20,000 bases of DNA from an uncultured virus (IMG/VR IMGVR_UViG_3300009194_000004) (IMGVR_UViG_3300009194_000004:111439-131438); one strand, 5' to 3'. Shown: positions 1-8,232, counted from the first letter of the stretch. The notes: generated by a model from the sequence alone, not told the origin. Program-made: numbers and translations.

Positions 1-750
1 GTCTTTATAGGTTATTGCCGGGTCGAAAAACCGCTTAACCTCAGGCTGATTAAGTTGGTACTCGATATCATTTCGATCAAAATTAATCGGCAGACCAAGT
101 GTTTTCTTCAACCTAAACCCATTGTAGAAAGCCGCCATTCGACGCTTAACAAAATCCCTAGCGCAGGATATCCACAACATGTGTTCAATTTTCTTAGAAA
201 GTTGATCTACATGCGGGTCAGCGTCGTCAAAATCCACACTTAAGGAGTGAGCCAAGAGTGTTTCATAGCTCAGGTGTTTTTTGAGTTCCGAACAATACCC
301 ACTACCATGTTTCGAACCCGCGTAAAAGCGTTTCGTGTCGTCCAGTGTTGGAGCCGGAAGCTGGTCAGCGTAATGATCGTAAGCAAACCCCCTAACTCGA
401 ACAAAACGATGGTGTATGTAGAAGGTCCTCAGGATTGCGTGGATGATTTCCACCGGCATCTCAGGATACACCGCTCGATAGTGGGTCACCACTAGCTGGT
501 ACATGTCGTCAATGTCCAACATTAACCACACGTCGCCTTCAGTAAGAATCAATGTTTCCATGAATGTAGGTAGGTCGCCAAAAGCATCCAACGCTTCTTC
601 GAGGTTGGTGAATTCCATGAGTCCTTCGGGATGGAATTCATTTTGAGTATGCGTACGGTCGTCCAGATAAATGTACGAGTCGGTTGGTTGTTTCAGGTCA
701 ACGCTCGTAAATGCAAAGTCCGCCCGGACGTCATCAATTAAGTGCAGCAT
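1..750 (-). CDS. Hypothetical protein, 3'-truncated by the window edge (>=250 aa); paralog of 753..1802
   Basis: Translated by hand, not in the ORF track. ATG at 750, 2 nt after the stop of 753..1802, open to base 1: MLHLIDDVRADFAFTSVDLKQPTDSYIYLDD...LMEFTNLEEALDAFGDLPTFMETLI...LKKHLSYETLLAHS...DPHVDQLSKKIEHMLW...GFRLKKTLGLPI. Colinear blocks match the neighbouring protein. Confidence 0.85.
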   Translation of the reverse strand, partial: MLHLIDDVRADFAFTSVDLKQPTDSYIYLDDRTHTQNEFHPEGLMEFTNLEEALDAFGDLPTFMETLILTEGDVWLMLDIDDMYQLVVTHYRAVYPEMPVEIIHAILRTFYIHHRFVRVRGFAYDHYADQLPAPTLDDTKRFYAGSKHGSGYCSELKKHLSYETLLAHSLSVDFDDADPHVDQLSKKIEHMLWISCARDFVKRRMAAFYNGFRLKKTLGLPINFDRNDIEYQLNQPEVKRFFDPAITYKD

Positions 751-752
751 GG

Positions 753-1802
753 TTATGTTTCCTTTGTTGGGGACAGGACCATATCTGAAATCTTTACAGG
801 CGTGACTGAATGCAGGTAACTGAATATAAGGGAGCCTGTTCCCCATAATGCATCGTCGATACCGAAGAATGCACTCCACGGACGCTTCCGGTCGGCGTCA
901 ATCAGCTCGATGAATTCGTCGTGTGTGATCTCATGGTCCTTCAAGAAGAAGCTAACGGCGAGCTCCTTGAAGTCCTCTACAATGTTATTGCGTTTGTTGT
1001 TAACGCTAATAGCGTGGTGGATTTTCTGGGCGTTAGCTGCAGTTATCTCATTAAGTGATTCATCAAACCCCAGCGCTTCATCCAGCTTTGAGATTTGTTC
1101 CTCGATGTCGTCCGCCAGCGGATCGATATCTAGGTCTAGGTTTTTCTTTAGACCGAAGATTCCTAATAACAGCCTACGGCGCCATGTGGTGTAGTCAGTC
1201 ACCAACATTTGCCACAACAACGCTTCCATCCGTCGTCTAAAACAGATGACATAAGGATCTGACTCAGAATAGTTACACGCATGTGCGTGAACCATAAGGT
1301 ATTCAATAGAAACGTTCTCTTTTACCAAATCGGAGAACTCACCATTTACTCCCGCCTCTTCGTACCAAATGCGCGTCTGCATTGGTGTCGGGACTGTAAG
1401 TCCGAGTCTACCCTCACGATTAATGCTCGCGCGGGTGGAAAGGCGAATCTGGCTGTATTTTTGGTCGATCGTCACCATTCTCAAGAACCGATGTGTGTTC
1501 TCAAGCGTGATGTTTGGAAAAATACCACGCAAGAAATGAACGTAAAAACGGTTTAGATCTTGCTCGTCGATGAACGCCGTGACATCACGACCACTGTGAA
1601 TAATGGATTCGATGAATCCATTTATACCACCAGGGGCGTCTATAAGCACATCAAGATTGGGGTACTTCATCAGCGGAGTTGCGTCTTGAGAAAAAGCCTT
1701 AGACCCGAGGGAGTTAATATAAACAATATCTTTCGGGTTGGCCCTAGCGTTCGGACTGGAAAATGAGTAATCAAGCGACAGGCCGTTTGTCAACCGGATC
1801 AT
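753..1802 (-). CDS. Hypothetical protein (349 aa) in the radical SAM cassette
   Basis: Long ORF; ATGA start/stop overlap with the 180-aa gene at 1799-1802; no catalytic motif recognised; paralogous to 1..750. Confidence 0.85.
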   Translation of the reverse strand: MIRLTNGLSLDYSFSSPNARANPKDIVYINSLGSKAFSQDATPLMKYPNLDVLIDAPGGINGFIESIIHSGRDVTAFIDEQDLNRFYVHFLRGIFPNITLENTHRFLRMVTIDQKYSQIRLSTRASINREGRLGLTVPTPMQTRIWYEEAGVNGEFSDLVKENVSIEYLMVHAHACNYSESDPYVICFRRRMEALLWQMLVTDYTTWRRRLLLGIFGLKKNLDLDIDPLADDIEEQISKLDEALGFDESLNEITAANAQKIHHAISVNNKRNNIVEDFKELAVSFFLKDHEITHDEFIELIDADRKRPWSAFFGIDDALWGTGSLIFSYLHSVTPVKISDMVLSPTKET

Positions 1803-2341
1803 CGTCTGCTCCTTGAACCGTGGCAGTTGCTGTGGCAGTTCGAATGACAGACTGACAGATCCACGATCTCACCGTTGTGAATGCGTTCATATAACTCGTT
1901 CTGAACTGTTTGGATCAGGTCGGATAGATTTGACCGATCAGCATCGTTTCGAGTGGAAATGTAGGTCGGGTCACCACCGGCGGTTTTCAAGCTGTGTATG
2001 CTCTGGCGGTAATTATTGTTCAGTGCTGCAATACCCCACTCTTTATCGTGATCGCCGTTTGTGTAATTACTGCCAGAATAATGACGCGCGGTGTAAACCT
2101 TGCGCATTGAAGTACAACGTTCCGCTTCGGCTTTGATCACGTCAACAACGTTACTTGCATCGACATCTCCGGTGTTTGCATCAGTACCCCTATCAAAATG
2201 AGACAGTTCCACCAGCGGACTTTGGTCCATGTACTTGTCGTCCCGGGCAGAACCCTTCCACCATTTCGCTTGGTCCTTGGCGTACTGGTTGATGTTGTTA
2301 TTGACAGCCGCGTGAAAATCACTCCGTTTTAAATCAGCCAT
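1799..2341 (-). CDS. 180-aa protein with C-terminal CHSNCHSNCHGSRSRR motif; putative radical SAM substrate or virion accessory protein
   Basis: Starts 1 nt after the rSAM stop and overlaps the next gene by ATGA. Three Cys-His units at 4-residue spacing at the extreme C-terminus. Function is inferred. Confidence 0.8.
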   Translation of the reverse strand: MADLKRSDFHAAVNNNINQYAKDQAKWWKGSARDDKYMDQSPLVELSHFDRGTDANTGDVDASNVVDVIKAEAERCTSMRKVYTARHYSGSNYTNGDHDKEWGIAALNNNYRQSIHSLKTAGGDPTYISTRNDADRSNLSDLIQTVQNELYERIHNGEIVDLSVCHSNCHSNCHGSRSRR

Positions 2342-2342
2342 G

Positions 2343-3479
2343 TTAGAATACCTCTACAACTGGGATCGTTTTTGTATCCGAAGTCAGCGCGGACGGCTCT
2401 TTCTCATACCGAATGCCTTCCTCACCCATGAACCCATTGAGTACTTCCTTCAGGATGTCCTGATCGGTGTTTTTCATGGACCGCATCATGGACTTTGGAG
2501 AAGCACAGATATCGCCCTGCCAATTAAGTTGATGACAATCGCCATTACAAACGTCAAATACGTCACAACTGAAACAGACTTCGTTCAGGGTGCTTTCGGT
2601 TGCAATGTTACATCCACGTCCTTCCGAGAACACGATATCTGAAATGGTTTGATCCAAGGTTCCGAACGTCGTCTCAGGGGCGCCATTGGGACACCCGCCA
2701 ATGGTACCATCGGCGTTCAGGGTTAGAATCTTCTGTTCGCATTCCCGACTACGGCACCCGGAAAACGTATTGAATACAGTGCTGGTCAGCAGGCTTTCTA
2801 GGAACATGTTCAAGATCTTTTCGTACGCCTTGTGTTCCAACGTCTGTTCCCACATTTTCAAGAACCACGCGTCCAACTCCAGATTGGTAGGAAAAATACC
2901 GGTGTTCTCACGGGCGTTACCATTCTCAGTGATGCGTTCAAAGTTGATGAACGCAACCCCAAGGTTGGTCATCTTGTTGATCAAGTCGATTGGCTCAACA
3001 TCCATCAGGTCTTTGGACACGCAAATCATGACCGTGACGTCTATGCCTTCGGCCACTAACTTACGGACGTTTTCTTCCCACAGCGCTTCTTGGTTGCGGT
3101 TCCCTTGCCAACGGATGCTGTAATCCCAGGATGTCCCGATTGAAGTTCCTGCCACTTTCTTCAGAAACGCCAGTCGGTCATCTGTCAGCTTATACGTCAG
3201 GTTGGTTTGAATACCCCATGTCAAGTTATCCCAGAGTCCATCCAGCTCATCGTAAACCTTTTCCATTTTGTCCAGCGGGCAGAGCATCGGCTCGCCACCA
3301 TGGAACGAGATGTTGGCGGAACGGAAGGTGGGGAACTGAGCTTTCAGTCGGTGAAAGAAGTCAATGGTGGCATCCGGGTCAAACCAACCCTTCTTCCCGT
3401 TGGTACCACTTGTGAAACAGTGCTGGCAGTTTAACTGGCAAGTTTCGGTAGTTTTCAGGTAGACCATTAAATCACGCAT
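2343..3479 (-). CDS. Radical SAM protein with C-terminal SPASM domain (378 aa)
   Basis: CQLNCQHC (CxxxCxxC), FHGGEP, IQTN, SWD, and a SPASM Cys array CRSREC...DGTIGGC...CFSC-x5-C-x3-C...C. Start moved from 3656 to ATG 3479 because GAGGA precedes it and the longer version crosses a terminator and overlaps the upstream gene. Confidence 0.93.
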   Translation of the reverse strand: MRDLMVYLKTTETCQLNCQHCFTSGTNGKKGWFDPDATIDFFHRLKAQFPTFRSANISFHGGEPMLCPLDKMEKVYDELDGLWDNLTWGIQTNLTYKLTDDRLAFLKKVAGTSIGTSWDYSIRWQGNRNQEALWEENVRKLVAEGIDVTVMICVSKDLMDVEPIDLINKMTNLGVAFINFERITENGNARENTGIFPTNLELDAWFLKMWEQTLEHKAYEKILNMFLESLLTSTVFNTFSGCRSRECEQKILTLNADGTIGGCPNGAPETTFGTLDQTISDIVFSEGRGCNIATESTLNEVCFSCDVFDVCNGDCHQLNWQGDICASPKSMMRSMKNTDQDILKEVLNGFMGEEGIRYEKEPSALTSDTKTIPVVEVF

Positions 3480-3536
3480 GGTACGTCCTCGTTTATTTCT
3501 AATGAATGTCGCTACTGTACAATCATGACCATAAGT

Positions 3537-3570
3537 AAAAAAAGCAGCAGTGGGCTTACACCCACTGTGC
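3537..3570 (-). terminator. Intrinsic terminator at the end of the tail-fibre genes
   Basis: Minus strand GCA-CAGTGGGT-GTAA-GCCCACTG-CTGC-TTTTTTT: 8-bp stem with one G.U pair, GNRA loop containing the TAA stop of 3556..4485, then T7. Confidence 0.8.
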
Positions 3571-4485
3571 CGGCCAAACGACCTTCCAACCACCGTTGAC
3601 GTAGGCTTGCAGTTGATTGTTACGGACCCGCAGACTGGTCTCGTCTGTAGAACCAATTCGCACGTAACGCCCGTCGTGGTGATTCACGTTCGGGTTAGCG
3701 TGGGTGGCAAGTGCGACACCCACGGCGTGTGGTGACATGTACCGGGTTTTGGTGGACATGTCCGCCGCCTGGGTATCCGTGGCCATTTTGTAGTTTTCGA
3801 CGTCCCCCAGTCCCACCTGGGCCTTAGTAACCTTGTGTGGGTTGGTGCCGTCTTCCATGTGGTCGACCAAGCGGTTCTCGACTCGGTTTCGATCTTCGGC
3901 TGCTTCTTCAAACAACATCAACGCGTAGGCACGCGTTTCATCGTGAAGTGCTTGGTCACCAGCCATGATCGCCTGAACAATCCGTTCCAGTTCGGTGACA
4001 ACCGGCTCAAACCCATACAGTTCCCACAAGGCGTGCAGGTGGCCAGCCGCTGGGTACTCGTTAGGCTTGCCGATGATGTTGGCCCACTCCACGGGCCGAT
4101 CTTCTTCAGCCAGTGTGTCGATCACCTGCTGGAGTGCGTCGGTTGAAACTGCAAAGTCTCCACCCACTACCTGGTAATCCAGGAACACACTGGTCGAAAC
4201 ATTGGGGTTAACAACGATGATCGCCCCACAGACTTCCAGACCGCTTCGGGTCGTGGCCCGTTCGTACAGGTAAGTGGCGATATAATCATCGCCCTTACGA
4301 AGCTCTGCACCTGACACATCCCGGAGGACCATGTCGCGGGTGTAGAACCCGCCGTAATTGGGAACCAAGACCCGGTAGTTACCGGTGGTCACGGCGGCGT
4401 CCAGATCGTGTCGCTCGCCCAGGATGCGGTTATCCGGATTCCGGCCCGTCAAATCCAACGGGTATTTGTTAACAATGAGTGACAT
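3556..4485 (-). CDS. Virion structural / tail-fibre-type protein (309 aa) with one phage tail repeat
   Basis: NPHKVTKAQVGLGDVENY repeat (PTR-like), HHDGRY fibre-type motif, C-terminal YVNGGWKVVWPAQWV. N-terminus YPLDLTGRNPDNRILGE is homologous to that of 4502..6148. GGAG RBS. Confidence 0.8.
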   Translation of the reverse strand: MSLIVNKYPLDLTGRNPDNRILGERHDLDAAVTTGNYRVLVPNYGGFYTRDMVLRDVSGAELRKGDDYIATYLYERATTRSGLEVCGAIIVVNPNVSTSVFLDYQVVGGDFAVSTDALQQVIDTLAEEDRPVEWANIIGKPNEYPAAGHLHALWELYGFEPVVTELERIVQAIMAGDQALHDETRAYALMLFEEAAEDRNRVENRLVDHMEDGTNPHKVTKAQVGLGDVENYKMATDTQAADMSTKTRYMSPHAVGVALATHANPNVNHHDGRYVRIGSTDETSLRVRNNQLQAYVNGGWKVVWPAQWV

Positions 4486-4501
4486 TTAGACTTCTCCGAA
4501 G

Positions 4502-6148
4502 TTAGGCTTCAAGTTGGGCGGACGCGTCATCGAATGCCGCAATCAGGGTGTCCGTGACGTCTTGGGCACCGGCACCGACGGTGGGAATCGGTGTCCGACC
4601 ACTTCCACGGGTTGGGTAGTACAGACCAGGATCGGGCAGGAACTGACCTGTCGGTTGACGCACTGGGATGAATGTAATTCCTTCAGCGGGAACGTTGGTC
4701 ACATCCAGTGACAGTTCCATGACCCGCTCAGCGCCGGTACCGGTGATACCCAACATGAAATCCCGCATGGGCGGGATGCCGTTCAGTGTGGTTATGTTTA
4801 CCGTTTCGTTTGTCCAGTCGGCTTCAATACTAACCCACGCTTTACGTCCATCGGGTCCTGGTACGCTACCAAGCATGTGAAGGGGTTCGTCGGTTTCACT
4901 GAGGTGATAAAACGGCAGATGTTCATCGCGTCCGAAACTGTCTCCAGAGGTGAAGTCCCAGGTATACGTTGCGAAATACACAAATTGCGTGTACATGTCG
5001 TCCTTGATGTCACCATACGTCATGTTCTCCAGCATTTGGGAGTTAGCAGCCGTGCCCAACAGGATGTCCTGTTTCAACCCTTCGAGGGTCATCCCAAATG
5101 TCCGGTCGGTGTCGTAAGCGGTACCATCGACCCGGAGGTAATTCTGCAAGATACCGTTGATGGTATCCATGCTGATTGCGCCGATATCCGCAGCGGTAAT
5201 TCCGTGGGGGTTATTGGTGTCACTGAAATGCGGTTCCAGAACCTCGTCCTTGAGGGCTTGGATGACCACCTCTACCAGATACGGGGTCATGTACCGGTCG
5301 TTACGGGTCCCGTCATACGCTTCGCCCGGTGTGGCGATTCCGAAGTTCTGTACTAGCGAAAGACCTACGTCGGCTTTATCAGTACCGTGGGGGTTGTCGG
5401 CGTTCAGGTGTTCGTCAATTTCCCGTTGTACAGCTGCCCCTACAGCAACGTCCGTCGACTTCGGTGACATATAACGGTCACTGCGGAGTCCTTCGGCTGC
5501 CTCGGTCTCGTTGGCCATCGGGAAGTTTTGTACGTACTCCAGCCCCACCTGTTTCTTGGTGACCATGTGAGGGTTGTCCCGACTGTTCATGTGGTCGGTT
5601 ACAGTCCCCGCTTCCGTATCACCCAGTGCACGATTGATATCACCGATGGCTTCAACCACTTCTTCGAAACCGATCAGTTCACCGGTGCCCTGATCGTGTG
5701 GGATCGGTGGGAACAACGCCGGGAGTGTGTCAATCTGACTCCATGCGCGAGTCAATGGGTTGACAGCTTTATTCGACAGCTCTTCCAATACGGCTTGATC
5801 TGAGAAGCCCCAGTGACCCCCGATGGTTTGGTAGGTCATGGACACAATACCACCGATATCGCGACTCAGGAAGCGCAGAGAACCTGCCAGAGCCTTACCG
5901 GTGTTGTTGGAGCCTTCGGGGAAATAGTGACCAAAGAGAAAGTCACGTCCTTCCTTATACAGACGACCAGTTGCTTGGTCACGGATCTCAAACGACTCCA
6001 CGTAAAACGGAGCCGCCTGAGGGATGATGAAATAATAGTCATCCCGGCCAGGGACCTGCAGGGTCTGCAACTCCCCATCGATTTTGTTTGCCGGGTTGGT
6101 ACCGTACGGGTCGAACTCGTACAGTCCCGTGGTGTTTACAGTAGCCAT
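4502..6148 (-). CDS. Virion structural / tail-fibre-type protein (548 aa), phiKZ gp131-like family by recall
   Basis: Repeats NPHMVTKKQVGLEYVQNF, NPHGTDKADVGLSLVQNF and partial NPHGITAADIG; the two full repeats are followed by DRYMSP / DRYMTP. N-terminus YEFDPYGTNPANKIDGE. AAGGAG RBS. Confidence 0.8.
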   Translation of the reverse strand: MATVNTTGLYEFDPYGTNPANKIDGELQTLQVPGRDDYYFIIPQAAPFYVESFEIRDQATGRLYKEGRDFLFGHYFPEGSNNTGKALAGSLRFLSRDIGGIVSMTYQTIGGHWGFSDQAVLEELSNKAVNPLTRAWSQIDTLPALFPPIPHDQGTGELIGFEEVVEAIGDINRALGDTEAGTVTDHMNSRDNPHMVTKKQVGLEYVQNFPMANETEAAEGLRSDRYMSPKSTDVAVGAAVQREIDEHLNADNPHGTDKADVGLSLVQNFGIATPGEAYDGTRNDRYMTPYLVEVVIQALKDEVLEPHFSDTNNPHGITAADIGAISMDTINGILQNYLRVDGTAYDTDRTFGMTLEGLKQDILLGTAANSQMLENMTYGDIKDDMYTQFVYFATYTWDFTSGDSFGRDEHLPFYHLSETDEPLHMLGSVPGPDGRKAWVSIEADWTNETVNITTLNGIPPMRDFMLGITGTGAERVMELSLDVTNVPAEGITFIPVRQPTGQFLPDPGLYYPTRGSGRTPIPTVGAGAQDVTDTLIAAFDDASAQLEA

Positions 6149-6240
6149 GACCTCTCCTTACATGGTGTTTGGGCTGGTAGGCTGATCAATGGTTTGAGAT
6201 CATAAGATTGACGCTTAACGCCTTAAACGAGGACATGCCT

Positions 6241-7488
6241 ATGTACAGTCTACACAGCGCTCATGTGCGGGTGGATCGTCGCAACGACCGTTGGGAGAAG
6301 AAAGACCTTGCCAACACCACTCTGCTTTCTTTGCGTAATGACTACGATGAGATCTGGTTATTCATCGACCATTACAGTTTTGACGCACCCCGAGCGTTGT
6401 ACTTTGGGGACGTCATTCAACAAACGTACGACGACCCTAACGAACTCACACTCACCGAGTGGTTGTCGCAGGTTGGAAACCAAACACTTCCGTTCCGGGC
6501 CACAGTTCCCCGACTCGATCCCAGTTACGTGAAATACGCACACGCTTGGCAACTCGGGTACACATTCACACCGGTGGGCGACCCGGGAACCGTCCAGCAA
6601 GGTGGTAGTCGGTTTGACAAAACCGATCTGAAAGTTTACAAGGAAGGGATGGATAACGACTTTGTCGGTAAACACGCCATTTTCAGTGTAAACGGTTTTC
6701 ACCACATCACCGATTACGGACCGGACGGCGTGTTCGTTGTGGGCGGTAACCATTCATTGCGTCACGCCAACGACAACCAAATCGGTCTATTGTCGTTTGA
6801 GGACATTGGTGAGATCAAATGCGTTCCAATCACCGATGACATGGTCACCGGAAACCAAGGCGACGTACCGCTGCGCAAGGGCGCTTACGTCACCATTCCG
6901 GACCACATCGACATTGAGAACAAAACCACACTGCTCGTCCTGGGTGGTTATCTTCAAGTGCTGGGTAAGACCTACACCCGAGTGAGCGATCGAACGTATC
7001 GTATTCAACTGGAACAATTGAACCTTTTGGAACGGTACTACGACAGTCGTCCGTATTTGGACTTCAGTTCATTGGGTCTGGATGTTAATGACGATAATCC
7101 GACCATGGTAAGTATCGATGAGTTTTTCCAAGACGATACGCTTCGCGCTTACCTAACGCTCCCTCAGAGTTTCTTGATCGTAGTGGACGCCGACAGCTTC
7201 TTCCAAGAACTGGAACCGCTGGAGCGATCGGGGTTGCCGGGTCGGTATTACGCACACACCGACTATCACCCGTATCCCGTGGTCGGCGCGTACGGACGCA
7301 CCTTGGAATACCACACCCTTCAAGAAGACGGTACATTGGTATTGGCAACGGTTCGTAACCAACGCCATAATTACGACTTCTATCGTCAACCGTGGATGAC
7401 TAACGAGCGGGTGGATTCGGGCCGATACCCCGAATGGCCGCATCAAGAAGGAGAGGCATACACCCGTCTGATCGGGGTTGAGAAGTAG
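6241..7488 (+). CDS. Probable virion structural protein (415 aa), divergent from the tail-fibre genes
   Basis: Long ORF; GAGGA 7 nt before ATG 6241 favours this start over TTG 6208. Size and position resemble, from memory, the conserved virion gene beside gp131 in phiKZ-like phages; not verified. Confidence 0.65.
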   Translation: MYSLHSAHVRVDRRNDRWEKKDLANTTLLSLRNDYDEIWLFIDHYSFDAPRALYFGDVIQQTYDDPNELTLTEWLSQVGNQTLPFRATVPRLDPSYVKYAHAWQLGYTFTPVGDPGTVQQGGSRFDKTDLKVYKEGMDNDFVGKHAIFSVNGFHHITDYGPDGVFVVGGNHSLRHANDNQIGLLSFEDIGEIKCVPITDDMVTGNQGDVPLRKGAYVTIPDHIDIENKTTLLVLGGYLQVLGKTYTRVSDRTYRIQLEQLNLLERYYDSRPYLDFSSLGLDVNDDNPTMVSIDEFFQDDTLRAYLTLPQSFLIVVDADSFFQELEPLERSGLPGRYYAHTDYHPYPVVGAYGRTLEYHTLQEDGTLVLATVRNQRHNYDFYRQPWMTNERVDSGRYPEWPHQEGEAYTRLIGVEK

Positions 7489-7493
7489 CGACG

Positions 7494-7528
7494 ACATAAA
7501 GCCCGCCTCGAAGGCGGGCTTTATTATG
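7494..7528. terminator. Bidirectional terminator between convergent genes
   Basis: AAAGCCCGCCT-CGA-AGGCGGGCTTT inverted repeat flanked by CATAA and TTATG, between stops at 7488 (+) and 7538 (-). Confidence 0.85.
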
Positions 7529-7537
7529 CCGTTGGGA

Positions 7538-8221
7538 TCAGTCCTTACCGGAGCTTCCAAAGCCCTTATCGCCACGTTCGGTGACGGTATCGAACTCGTC
7601 CACCCATTGTGGATTCACCGGGTAGCATTTGGTGACCACATACTGCGCCACCCGCTCACCCGGTTGGATTTCCATGACCCGGTGAGTTTCGGTTTCATGA
7701 CGATTCCACAACGCCAGTTTCAGCTCACCTTGGTAGTCGGAGTCAATAACCCCAACCAAGTTACCCAACACCACGCCTTTACACCCCAAGCCACTGCGCG
7801 GTAGGATCAGACCCACAAAGTTAGGATGACCCAGATGCATGGCAACCCCGCTGTGAACCGTTGCCATTTCACCGGGTTGGAGGATCAGTGGTTCTTTACC
7901 GACGTAACGCAGGTCGTACGCTGCGCTCCCCGACGTGGCGTGACCCGACTCTTTGTACCGCCACTTGATCTGAGCGGCGAGTGTCTCGTCCATACCTTCA
8001 AAGGCTTCTTCAACGAAACGGGCTTTTGGGGTGACACACTCCACGTTGATAATTTGGGAATACGGGTTTCCCTCCACCAAGTGTTCGGCGGGGGTGTCCA
8101 ACACGGAAGTCAGACCGGAGGGACGGGGCTTGCGTTTCAGGGTCACCGAGTTTTCATCCTGGTGGACTGTGGTGACTGTCACGGCGTCTTTTTCAGTGAA
8201 TTCATCGTTGTCTTTGGACAT
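7538..8221 (-). CDS. dut: Trimeric dUTPase with N-terminal extension (227 aa)
   Basis: All five motifs in order: GSAAYDL, PRSGLG, GVIDSDYQGE, GERVAQ, RGDKGFGSSG. GAGGA RBS before ATG 8221. Confidence 0.95.
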   Translation of the reverse strand: MSKDNDEFTEKDAVTVTTVHQDENSVTLKRKPRPSGLTSVLDTPAEHLVEGNPYSQIINVECVTPKARFVEEAFEGMDETLAAQIKWRYKESGHATSGSAAYDLRYVGKEPLILQPGEMATVHSGVAMHLGHPNFVGLILPRSGLGCKGVVLGNLVGVIDSDYQGELKLALWNRHETETHRVMEIQPGERVAQYVVTKCYPVNPQWVDEFDTVTERGDKGFGSSGKD

Positions 8222-8232
8222 GGTTCGATTCC

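Noticed and set aside
55..495. Plus-strand ORFs 55..243 and 247..495
   Set aside because: Antisense to the 750->1 gene, which is supported by paralogy and operon coupling.
2343..3479. rSAM as anaerobic sulfatase maturase, NrdG, QueE or viperin-like enzyme
   Set aside because: No sulfatase, NrdD or queuosine genes in the window; NrdG, QueE and viperin lack a full SPASM array. Action on a distant substrate is not excluded.
3480..3656. 59-aa N-terminal extension of the rSAM in the ORF track
   Set aside because: Overlaps the upstream gene and crosses a terminator; ATG 3479 has a GAGGA RBS.
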